Positions 53,895-62,596 of a DNA stretch of 64,000 bases are shown one piece after another. Origin of the DNA: an uncultured Candidatus Micrarchaeota archaeon (GTDB taxonomy: Archaea; Micrarchaeota; Micrarchaeia; Burarchaeales; Fermentimicrarchaeaceae); assembly GCA_963760615.1 (NCBI GenBank), contig CAVXDX010000004.1, forward strand, positions 78,223 through 142,222. Reading direction: 5' to 3'. Within the stretch, counting starts at the first letter, position 1. Each line of letters starts with the position of its first letter. The notes under the pieces were generated by a model. That model was not told the origin of the DNA. It ran no database searches and was given only the letters and a program-made list of their open reading frames with translations. Made by a program: the position numbers and the translations under genes.

Positions 53895-54680
53895 TTGGAT
53901 AAACAAATTATAGGAATCATATCCGGAAAGGGAGGCGTTGGGAAGAGCACAATAGCCGTGAACCTGGCAACATTATTCGTCGCATCAGATTATAACAACC
54001 TACTTGTGGATTGCGATACCTCCAACCCGAGCGTGGGGCTGCATCTTGGCATATGGCAGCATTCCTACGGGCTGCAGGATGTTCTACTTGGAAAGATAAA
54101 GCCCGAGGAGGCCATAGTGCTCCATCCGGCAACCGGAATAAGGGTAATCCCTTCTTCCCTGAGCTATGAAAAAGAGACGAGCATGAAAAACCTCTCAAAA
54201 GTGCTGGATGGAATGAAGACGTACAACTGCATCACGCTAGACGCCCCCCCAGGCCTGTCGGAAGAAGTTGAGAATATAATGAAAACGTGCAATGAGCTTG
54301 TAGTGGTTACCACGCCGGATGTACCCAGCGTGACCAGTGCCACAAAAATAATAGATCTAGCTGAAACTAATCGGATCCCAGTTGTCGGCTTGGTTGTGAA
54401 CAGAATACTCAACAAAAAATATGAGCTCCACATGCAGGAGATAGAATCATTGTGCAACACAAGGATAATTGCAAAAATACCCGAAGACTCAGGGGTGCCA
54501 GAGAGCATAGCAGTTAAAGTTCCCATCGCCATGTACCGCCCCAAATCCCCGGCAAGCCTTGCAATCAACCGGCTTGCGACAGATCTTTGTGGGAAGAGAA
54601 TCGCCCAACCGCAGTATGCCAACGTAGGAGTTTTCGGGCAGTTCATAAATTTTGTGAAGAGGATTCTGGGAAGGAGCTGA
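53895..54680 (+). CDS. MinD/ParA-family ATPase
   Basis: SGKGGVGKST deviant Walker A, VDCD, DAPPG, VVTTPD, GLVVNR; TTG start. Confidence 0.92.
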   Translation: MDKQIIGIISGKGGVGKSTIAVNLATLFVASDYNNLLVDCDTSNPSVGLHLGIWQHSYGLQDVLLGKIKPEEAIVLHPATGIRVIPSSLSYEKETSMKNLSKVLDGMKTYNCITLDAPPGLSEEVENIMKTCNELVVVTTPDVPSVTSATKIIDLAETNRIPVVGLVVNRILNKKYELHMQEIESLCNTRIIAKIPEDSGVPESIAVKVPIAMYRPKSPASLAINRLATDLCGKRIAQPQYANVGVFGQFINFVKRILGRS

Positions 54681-54711
54681 TTTTTAATTCTTATACTGCA
54701 TTCTTTATACT

Positions 54712-55593
54712 ATGATAAAAGTTGTCATTCTGGGCTCTGGCGGTGCAGTGCCATCACCTGCCAGGTCACTGCCAGCCATAGGAATACGCTATTTTGGTGA
54801 GGTCTACCTCTTTGACTGCGGAGAAGGGACGCAGAGGCAGATGATGATACACGGTCTGAGCTACTCAAAGGTGAAGATGATATTCCTAACGCACCTGCAT
54901 GCAGACCACTACATAGGCATCGCAGGCTTGATGCAGACTTTGAAGATGAATGAGAGAAAGGAACCGCTTTTCATCTTCGGCCCTCCGGGAACTGAGAGGT
55001 GCATCTCCTCAATCCTCATAGGTGCATACCCCTTCCAGATATGCATAAAGGAAATAGACGAGAACTTCTGCCTCAAGAATGAGAAGTTCAAGATATCCGC
55101 ATTCAGGACAAGCCACAATGTGAGGAGCATAGGCTATGTCTTCCAAGAGAATGACTCCTGGAATTTCAACAAGGAAAAAGCAGACAAGCTTGGCATAAAA
55201 GGCAGGATGTTCAGGAAGCTTGAGAGGGAGAAGGAAATTCTAATAGGCAAGAAGAGGGTGAAGCTTGAGGATGTAACCAAGCCAAAGAGAGGAGCGAAGC
55301 TGGTGTACACCGGCGATACCTCTCCCTGCGAGGAAGCCCTGCTGGCAAGCAAGGGTGCAAACCTGCTCATTCATGACGGAACTTTCTCAGAAGAGCACAG
55401 GAAGGAGGCTGCAGAGAAAATGCATTCAACAGTTGTTCAGGCTGCGGAGCTCGCCAAGAAAGCCAAGGTGAAACAACTTGTGCTGGTTCACCTAAGCAAC
55501 AGGTACAAGGATGCATCGCCCCTTGAGAAGGAGGCAAAGAAAATATTCAAAAACTCCAAAATTGCGTTTGACGGGATGGAAATATCTTTGTGA
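54712..55593 (+). CDS. rnz: Ribonuclease Z
   Basis: FDCGEGTQRQ, THLHADH, YTGDT, LIHDGTF, HST, LVHLSNRY. Confidence 0.96.
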   Translation: MIKVVILGSGGAVPSPARSLPAIGIRYFGEVYLFDCGEGTQRQMMIHGLSYSKVKMIFLTHLHADHYIGIAGLMQTLKMNERKEPLFIFGPPGTERCISSILIGAYPFQICIKEIDENFCLKNEKFKISAFRTSHNVRSIGYVFQENDSWNFNKEKADKLGIKGRMFRKLEREKEILIGKKRVKLEDVTKPKRGAKLVYTGDTSPCEEALLASKGANLLIHDGTFSEEHRKEAAEKMHSTVVQAAELAKKAKVKQLVLVHLSNRYKDASPLEKEAKKIFKNSKIAFDGMEISL

Positions 55594-55602
55594 GGTTGTT
55601 CC

Positions 55603-55818
55603 ATGAAGAAAGATGTATACTCCAAAATTCTGAACAAGCTGACCTTCCTTGAGACAAATAAAGCAATACTGGGAAAGACTCCGGAAGAGCTTCAAAGCAT
55701 TGAGGGGCAGATAGCGGCATTGAAATATGTTGCTGAGAACAAGCCCCAGAAGGAATTTGTGAGAGGGCTCATGCTAGGCTACCAGAAAGCGCTTGAGATA
55801 ATGCAGAATAAAAAATAA
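55603..55818 (+). CDS. Small hypothetical helical protein
   Basis: 71 aa ORF with upstream GAGGT. Confidence 0.55.
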   Translation: MKKDVYSKILNKLTFLETNKAILGKTPEELQSIEGQIAALKYVAENKPQKEFVRGLMLGYQKALEIMQNKK

Positions 55819-55836
55819 AAGAAAAAAACAAAGACT

Positions 55837-56052
55837 TCAGGCGTTCTTCATCTTCGCCTTTGCTACATACCCGCCCTTGTCAACATAATACATGTATCCG
55901 GACTCTTTCTCAATCTTCTCGTTACCAACTCTCTTCTTCCTTCCACCGGATTTGTGCTTCATGGGAGCGGCCCATACGTAGCCATCCTTTCCGACGAAGT
56001 AGAGGTAACCCTCTTCCCTGTCTATTTTTTCCTTACCAATTCTCGTTCCCAC
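55837..56052 (-). CDS. Small basic two-repeat protein
   Basis: TRIGKEKIDREEGYLYFVGKDGYV / KRVGNEKIEKESGYMYYVDKGGYV; GTG start after GAGGTGA. Confidence 0.75.
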   Translation of the reverse strand: MGTRIGKEKIDREEGYLYFVGKDGYVWAAPMKHKSGGRKKRVGNEKIEKESGYMYYVDKGGYVAKAKMKNA

Positions 56053-56057
56053 ATCAA

Positions 56058-56744
56058 TCACCTCATTTTTTTAATAATACTTTCTTCATCTTCCAAATCC
56101 TTTTCGGAAAAAACAAGACACTCCCACTCATACTTGGCAAAATGCTCTTCACGTTGTTTTTTATATTCTTCAAAAGTTTGTTTGTGTATATTCTCACAAA
56201 TTGCAGTATGTCTCACATCAATGCAAATTTTCTTCCCATCGTTATTTACAAAATCAGGGTTCTTTCCACCAAGAATGACATCTCCATCACCCGTGTATCT
56301 GTAAGGAAGATTGCATCTGTGGATTATTTCTATCATTCTTTTTTCTAAAGATGTTGGACGCTTAAAAAGACTTTTTAATAATAGTTTATGTTGAGTTTCT
56401 GAGTACTCTTTGTTCTGCCATATTAATTTTTGTTTTTTTGATATTTTTATTTTTGTTTCTTTTGAAATCCTATTTCCTCTATGGGATTCACTCATTTTTC
56501 TTTTGGTCTCTTCTAGAAGTGGTTTACCTTTGAATGCCAAACTTATCTTTTTTTTCGTTTCTTCAGAATAGTGCTTGCCCCGTTGTGCATAGCCTATCTT
56601 TTTCTTATGCTCTTCAGAAAGTATTTTTCCTAAGTGCGCCATTCTCATTCTTTTTTTAGTTTCGTTACTATGGTGCTTGCCTAATTGAGCTAGCCCAATG
56701 TTCCTTCGAGCTTCTTCTGTCCTATGATATACTCCTATAGGCAT
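56058..56744 (-). mobile_element. Free-standing homing-endonuclease-like gene: NUMOD3 repeats plus Vsr/DUF559-like nuclease domain
   Basis: About six 17-aa repeats (e.g. HSNETKKRMRMAHLGK, YSEETKKKISLAFKGK), then PTSLEK...KNPDF...W.CLVFSE; much more AT-rich than its neighbours. Confidence 0.8.
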
Positions 56745-56806
56745 TATAAACCTCCACGAGAGTGTTATCGACGGCGGTGGTATATAAATCTATCGTCGGG
56801 CACCGT

Positions 56807-57796
56807 CTATGAATAACTTCTCCTCATCCTGCCAACTCCTTTTACGGCGAGCCAGAAGCAGAGCAGGCTCATGGCGGTGAGCAGCGCCAGGCCTGTTGCG
56901 ATTCCCTCGTCGGGGTAGTTTGAAGAGATTCTCGAGATGAGAATTGTCGGAAGGTACAGAGATAGGAAGGAGCTGGGGAGGAGTATGGAGAACACAAACG
57001 CCATTCCTGCGAGTGATGAGAGGACATTCGCCTCCTGTATGCTCCTGGCGCTTGCCGAGATGAGAACGCTGAGAGAAACAAGGATGAGCGAGAGAAGCAG
57101 CTCCGCAAAGATGAGTAATGGGATGTTGTACACAGGTATCTTCTGCATGACTACCACGAGCCAGGCACCCCCGCACAGAGTTGATGCTATTACGTATGGC
57201 GCCGTCTTCGCGAATGCAATGTCAGAATCGGATATTGGAGAAACAAGCAGCAGCTCTATAGTCCTCTTCTTCCTCTCGCTGAGTATGTTCTGAATTGACA
57301 GGGACAAGCCAACCATTGCAGGCATCACTAGTGCAATTGGAACTATCAGACCATATCCCATCTCCACAAAGTCAGTGTTGCCTCCAGCAAGGCCTTCCGA
57401 GGAGTAGTTGAAGTGGCTCTCCTGAAGCGCCTCATCAAAGGAAATTGCTTTTGAAACGGAGTTTATCTTCGCTATGGCAAAGCCCGAGAATATGTTCCCC
57501 GGGTCTGTCTTAACTTCGCCAGTGGTTGTGTTTATGACTGCATTCGGCCTCTCATCCTCTGAACCATTCTGCACTATAACTTTTACCCCAGACTCCTCAA
57601 GCCTGTTCATGAGCTCTGTGTTGTTCTTGTCAAGCGCCACGGTTACCTTGCCGTTCAGATTTGGCGAGTGCATAACATCGCTGTAGGTGCTGTACAGGAA
57701 GAGCAGCATGGAGATGGTTATGAACTGAATTATTATGCTGCCTAGGAAAGCCCTGTCCCCCAGGATCTCCCTCAGCTCTTTCTCAGCTAGGTTCAT
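56807..57796 (-). CDS. ABC-2 type permease (NatB-like)
   Basis: ILSERKKRTIELLLVSP motif; start moved to ATG 57796 (overlaps the stop of the upstream gene). Confidence 0.85.
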   Translation of the reverse strand: MNLAEKELREILGDRAFLGSIIIQFITISMLLFLYSTYSDVMHSPNLNGKVTVALDKNNTELMNRLEESGVKVIVQNGSEDERPNAVINTTTGEVKTDPGNIFSGFAIAKINSVSKAISFDEALQESHFNYSSEGLAGGNTDFVEMGYGLIVPIALVMPAMVGLSLSIQNILSERKKRTIELLLVSPISDSDIAFAKTAPYVIASTLCGGAWLVVVMQKIPVYNIPLLIFAELLLSLILVSLSVLISASARSIQEANVLSSLAGMAFVFSILLPSSFLSLYLPTILISRISSNYPDEGIATGLALLTAMSLLCFWLAVKGVGRMRRSYS

Positions 57797-59322
57797 GGAA
57801 ACACCCGTAACTGCCTGATGAGGTAGAGGTTGTAGCCCATGTGCAGGAGTATTGCAAGAATTACCGATACCGCGAAATACCTTTTTGCATAGCCTGCGCC
57901 AACTATGCTGCTGCATGCCGCGTGAACAACTATCGGCACAACCCTGATAAGCACCATCAGCTCAAACACCGGAGCGAGAAGCAGGCTCTCGCTCACCCCA
58001 AAGGCCAGCCCAACAAGGGCTCCGAGAACAGCTCCCTCCCCTGCCTCCTTTGGCTTGAGGACATTCACAGCAACTGCCTTGAGCCCCTCCTCAGCCGCAG
58101 TGGCAGAGAGCAGCAGCAGAAATGCACTGGGGCCTATGAGGAAGAAGGTGAGCCCAATGGCGGCAAGCTCAACAGGCAGTGTGATGGAGAAAGCCACAAA
58201 CCCCATGGCAAAAGCAGCCCTCTCCTTGCTCCGCAGTATCTCCAGCATACCCTCGTAAAGCTGATTCAGGCCTGGCTTCAGGGAGAAGGCAAATGCCTCT
58301 GTGGAAAAAGCGGAGAGGGCGAGCAGGAAAGCTGTTGCGGATATGATGTAGATCACAAGCATGAGGTCGAAGGGAAATGGAGTTGCTCCCCCGCTGACCT
58401 GCTCTGCTATGTATGTTGCCGGGGAGAGCTTTGCGGCAATCTCCGTTGCAGGGAAGACCTTCAGAATGGCAATGGAGAAGAACAGCGTTATTATTATTGT
58501 CGAGGAGATGCTTGACGCCAGAGTTGCCTCATTCGCATTCGATGCGATTGATGAGACAAGGGCATTCATCACTATCACAAGCAGAGCCATGCTGATGAGT
58601 ATGATGTAAACTCCAACTGGATTGCTGAAATGCAGGCCGAAAAAGGGAATGAGAAGCATCCAGATTGCACCCAGCAGCATCGCGAAAATTAGGTTGCTCA
58701 GCACCTTGGAGGCGAGCACCTCAACCCTTCTTGCAGGGGCTGCAAAGATTACCTCCACAACCTTGTTTTCCCTCTCGTAGGCCACGCTCTGTATTACCGG
58801 CAGGGACCATATGAAAAGAGGAGTGAGCATGAGGAAGGGAGCAAGAAGACTCCTGAGAAGCTCCTCCAGTCCCAAATCAGACTTCAGGTTGAACAGCGGC
58901 TTGTTGTCCTTCCTCACAAACTTATCAACGGCATCCTTCACCGCAGACTCCGCGAGGTTTGAGAGCGGTATGCCCCTTCCAATGAATCTTCCTGAGGTTG
59001 AGTTAACTATGAAGACTCCATGCACCCTCCCCTCGCTAAGAAGCTTGAAGGCTGTCTCCTCATCTGTCCTTACAACCTCAGCCATGCTGTTATTCTCAAG
59101 CTCGGCTATGAGGGGGTGCTCCCCAGCAACCGCAATTTTCACCATTTTTTCAGAAATTGGAAGCGCAGAGAGCAAATTACCCTCCTTGAAGCGTCCCACT
59201 GCATCCATGAGAAGAGGAATTGTAAAGAGGGAGATGAGCATCCCCACCATCACGCTGAGAAGAAACCTCCTGTCAGAAAATATCTCCTTCAGCCCCCACC
59301 ACGTCATGATGCTTATACCCAT
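57793..59322 (-). CDS. ABC-2 permease fused to a PrsW-family intramembrane metalloprotease domain
   Basis: VAYERENKVVEVIFAAP; C-terminal AAEEGLK...GLAFGVSE...VVHAACSS...LHMGYN. Confidence 0.8.
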   Translation of the reverse strand: MGISIMTWWGLKEIFSDRRFLLSVMVGMLISLFTIPLLMDAVGRFKEGNLLSALPISEKMVKIAVAGEHPLIAELENNSMAEVVRTDEETAFKLLSEGRVHGVFIVNSTSGRFIGRGIPLSNLAESAVKDAVDKFVRKDNKPLFNLKSDLGLEELLRSLLAPFLMLTPLFIWSLPVIQSVAYERENKVVEVIFAAPARRVEVLASKVLSNLIFAMLLGAIWMLLIPFFGLHFSNPVGVYIILISMALLVIVMNALVSSIASNANEATLASSISSTIIITLFFSIAILKVFPATEIAAKLSPATYIAEQVSGGATPFPFDLMLVIYIISATAFLLALSAFSTEAFAFSLKPGLNQLYEGMLEILRSKERAAFAMGFVAFSITLPVELAAIGLTFFLIGPSAFLLLLSATAAEEGLKAVAVNVLKPKEAGEGAVLGALVGLAFGVSESLLLAPVFELMVLIRVVPIVVHAACSSIVGAGYAKRYFAVSVILAILLHMGYNLYLIRQLRVFP

Positions 59323-60215
59323 TTTCCTCCCCTTGTGACTGCTACGAAAACGTCATCCAGAGAAGGGTCGAGGGTTTTTATTGAGAGGACTGTTGCATGG
59401 AGCCTTTTTGCAGCTGCATGCACCCTTGCTATGGTGCTGTTCATCCCTCGTATGCCAACCACCACCATCCTTCCATCCACATTCCCGCCAAGCTCCTCCG
59501 CAAGCTTTCTGATGAGCGCATCCTCCTTTATGACAACGCTCATGTACCTCTGCTTCGCAACTCTTGCCTTGAGCTCCTCAGGCTTGCCGACGGCAGCTAT
59601 CCTCCCCCTATCCATTATTGCGAGCTTGTCGCAAAGGAAATCAGCTTCATCCATATAATGGGTGCACACCAGAATGGTTTTCCCGCTCCTCCTCATGCTC
59701 TTAACCCGCTCTCTCACATCCCTTGATGAGGCAGGGTCCAAACCCATGGTTGGCTCGTCAAGGATAAGCACTTGGGGATCGTGTATGAGAGCTCTTGCAA
59801 GGGATATCCGGTGCTTCATCCCCTTGGAGTACTCACCAATTTTCCTTCTTGCATGCTCCTCCAAGCCGACAAATTCCAGCAATTCAGGTATCCTCTCCCT
59901 GCCCGACCCATACACATCTGCAAAGAATGAGAGGAACTCCTCCCCACTCATGTAGTCATACACTCTTGGCTCCTCAGGCAGGTAGCCCACAACAGCCCGG
60001 ACCTTCTGGGCGTCCTTCACTATGTCGAAGCCCATTATCTTCGCACTTCCTGCAGTTGGAGCGAGTATGGTGCACAACATCTTGACGAGGGTGCTCTTTC
60101 CGGCTCCGTTCGGTCCAACCACTCCAAGTATCTCCCCCTCTTTCACGGAGATGCTGACCCCATCGACTGCCGTGAAATCACCAAATTTCTTAGTGAGACT
60201 AAAAGTTTCTATCAC
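59313..60215 (-). CDS. ABC transporter ATP-binding subunit
   Basis: GPNGAGKST, YSKGMKHR signature, ILDEPT, CTH; start moved to GTG 60215. Confidence 0.95.
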   Translation of the reverse strand: MIETFSLTKKFGDFTAVDGVSISVKEGEILGVVGPNGAGKSTLVKMLCTILAPTAGSAKIMGFDIVKDAQKVRAVVGYLPEEPRVYDYMSGEEFLSFFADVYGSGRERIPELLEFVGLEEHARRKIGEYSKGMKHRISLARALIHDPQVLILDEPTMGLDPASSRDVRERVKSMRRSGKTILVCTHYMDEADFLCDKLAIMDRGRIAAVGKPEELKARVAKQRYMSVVIKEDALIRKLAEELGGNVDGRMVVVGIRGMNSTIARVHAAAKRLHATVLSIKTLDPSLDDVFVAVTRGGKWV

Positions 60216-60244
60216 AAATAAGTATTGGAACCCAACTAATAAAT

Positions 60245-60784
60245 TCACTGCGTTTTAGAACCGGGCCCGCTCTCAGTTCTGCTCCCGCTTTTCCTCTGCT
60301 TTACCAAATTCCTAAGCAGCTCAACAGCCTTGTTGAGTTCTGCAGCGTCAATGTCCTTCATGCTTATCGCATAACCCTTCTCTGCGCTTGGCGTGTCAAT
60401 GTTAATGTCACCTAACCCCAGAATTATGCCAAATACGGACCTGTCCACATGTACATCCGTTATCTCATCAATGGGAATAACGTGCTCATCAGGTGCGAAC
60501 ACACCAAACCTTGAAATCAAATCGCTCTCGCTTATGTCATATGTTGTGTACACTCTTCTGTAGAACTGCTGCAATATAGCAAGCGCAAGTACTGCTACGG
60601 CAAGCAACCCAACAAGCAGTATAGGGTAGCTGTACTCAGGGAACGCAACTGAAAGAGACAAAGCAGAAATTATCACTAAAATTGCCAAAATACATATCAT
60701 TATTATATACGGCTTTACCTTCGGTTTCAGCCTCATCAGCACATCCATAAAAGAGTTTCTCATGGAGGATTTAAATTTATGCAC
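60245..60784 (-). CDS. Membrane protein with bacterial PH (bPH_2) domain
   Basis: Two TM helices, then YDISE...RFGVF...IPIDEITDV...ILGLGDINIDT; start uncertain. Confidence 0.8.
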   Translation of the reverse strand: MHKFKSSMRNSFMDVLMRLKPKVKPYIIMICILAILVIISALSLSVAFPEYSYPILLVGLLAVAVLALAILQQFYRRVYTTYDISESDLISRFGVFAPDEHVIPIDEITDVHVDRSVFGIILGLGDINIDTPSAEKGYAISMKDIDAAELNKAVELLRNLVKQRKSGSRTESGPGSKTQ

Positions 60785-60818
60785 CCATAAACTCCTCGCC
60801 CTCTACCTCTTATATTTT

Positions 60819-61775
60819 CTAAACATCCTCAATTCCTTTTGCAGTCACCTTGAATATTGCCTCTCCCTCAGGCATTGATGGGCTGTCCACAAGCCTCGCA
60901 ATCCTTTTTTCCTCCTTCCCCTTTCTGAAATACAATCTGTACACAGCAGCATGTGCGAGCACATGCCCTCCTATGGGAGTTGTAGGGTCACCAAAAAGAA
61001 TTGCAGGGTTGTCCATCACCTGGTTTGTGACATATACCGCAAGGTTATATCTGTCTGCAAGCTTCTGCAGGGCATGCACATGCTTGTTGAGCTTCTGCTG
61101 CCTCTCACCGAGAGCTCCTCTGCCTATGTAGTCTATCCTGAACAGGGAAGTCAGGGAATCCACGACTATGAGCTTTATGTTATTCTTCTCTACAACCTCA
61201 TCCGACTTGTCGACAAGAATCATCTGGTGGTCCGTATTCACTGCTCTTGCAACATGTATGTTCTTCAGTATGTCATCTCCATTAAGGCCTCTTGATTCAG
61301 CAATCTGCTTAACCCTCTCAGGTCTGAAGGTGGACTCAGCATCTATGAAGAGGCACGATCCCTCAAGACCGCCTTTCTCCTTTGGCAGCTGAACATTCAC
61401 GGAAAGCTGGAAGCCAAGCTGGCTCTTGCCGGAACTGAATTTTCCGAAAGCCTCAGTTATTGCCTGTGTCTCAACTCCGCCGCCTATAAGGTTGTCCAAC
61501 TCCTTTGAACCAGTAGTTAACTTCCCTATGATTTTTCTTCTCTCGAGAATCTTATCAGCAGTCTCATAGCCCATCTCCAATGCATCCCTTGCAGCTCCTA
61601 TAGTCTTCTTTGCAGTCTCAACCCCTATCTCCGCAACCTCCTGCAGCTCATAGGGGGATGAAGCGGCTATCTTCTCAAGTGAGTCATAGCCGGCTTTTCT
61701 CAGCTTCTCCGCAGTCGCCTCTCCAACCCCAGGCAAATCCTCAAGGTTCTTAACCTTCTTTTCCTCCTTCCCCAT
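60819..61775 (-). CDS. radA: DNA repair and recombination protein RadA
   Basis: LEDLPGVG Hh[37 protein letters not shown]; no intein. Confidence 0.97.
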   Translation of the reverse strand: MGKEEKKVKNLEDLPGVGEATAEKLRKAGYDSLEKIAASSPYELQEVAEIGVETAKKTIGAARDALEMGYETADKILERRKIIGKLTTGSKELDNLIGGGVETQAITEAFGKFSSGKSQLGFQLSVNVQLPKEKGGLEGSCLFIDAESTFRPERVKQIAESRGLNGDDILKNIHVARAVNTDHQMILVDKSDEVVEKNNIKLIVVDSLTSLFRIDYIGRGALGERQQKLNKHVHALQKLADRYNLAVYVTNQVMDNPAILFGDPTTPIGGHVLAHAAVYRLYFRKGKEEKRIARLVDSPSMPEGEAIFKVTAKGIEDV

Positions 61776-61786
61776 GCAAACACCTC

Positions 61787-62377
61787 TCATATGCTATAAA
61801 GACCATTCTCCATCCTGAATTTCGGTAGCGTATGCTTGAGCTTGTGATATAAAGAAATGAACTCTTCCGCCTCCCTTCTCACGTACTCCGATATTTTTTC
61901 GTATTCCTTATTTAAATACCACGCTGGAACCATCTCGCCATCCGGTGGCTTGTTGCAGAACTTGTCAAGCCCGCTTCCAGCAAACTTGAAGCCGTTCATG
62001 CCGAGGCATATATCCTTCAGATCTATCCTCGGAAGCTGGGTGAAAAGGAACCATTCATCATAAATAACACCGTACTTTTCAGCACGCGCCTTAAGCATTC
62101 CCAAGTCAAACATGAGGTTCTGCCCTACTGGGATGAACTGCCATGCTTTCTTCGGGTTGAGGAGCTTCGAGAAACCCCGTATCATCTCTTCCTCACCAAG
62201 CTCCCACTCCTTGAGCACCTGCAGTGGCCCAGCAGGATTTCCTGCGTCATCAAGCTTCTGGAACTGAATTGTGATAAGTTTGTATCTCTCCGGATGCAGC
62301 TCGCTCTCTCCCCTTATGAAGAGCTCATACTCCTCTCCCTCGCATGCAACTTCCGTGTCGAAGTAGTATTCTGGCAT
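61787..62377 (-). CDS. Stand-alone DnaQ/PolB-exonuclease-like (RNase H fold) protein
   Basis: ExoI YFDTE, ExoII GQNLMFD, ExoIII-like YVRREAE; start ATG 62377. Confidence 0.75.
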   Translation of the reverse strand: MPEYYFDTEVACEGEEYELFIRGESELHPERYKLITIQFQKLDDAGNPAGPLQVLKEWELGEEEMIRGFSKLLNPKKAWQFIPVGQNLMFDLGMLKARAEKYGVIYDEWFLFTQLPRIDLKDICLGMNGFKFAGSGLDKFCNKPPDGEMVPAWYLNKEYEKISEYVRREAEEFISLYHKLKHTLPKFRMENGLYSI

Positions 62378-62596
62378 CAATAAATTCAACTTTTATTGGT
62401 TTTTAAAGCTGAGTGAGGGGTAACTTTCCAGTAATGCGGCTTTGCACCCAGATTCCTTCTAGATGGCATAAGATTGCTTTGGCTTTGAGAATAATTCTGA
62501 AGTGGGGCCAGAGCCGATTAAACTTCAGGTTTTTCAAGTAGGCCCATAAAAATTAATAAGAAAGTAATTAATTTTAATTCTTTACTTTTATGTAAA

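Noticed and set aside
62390-62596. Intergenic stretch with a CTGAAGT/ACTTCAG hairpin as a structured RNA
   Set aside because: A single 7-bp stem, compatible with a terminator or chance; no family motif.
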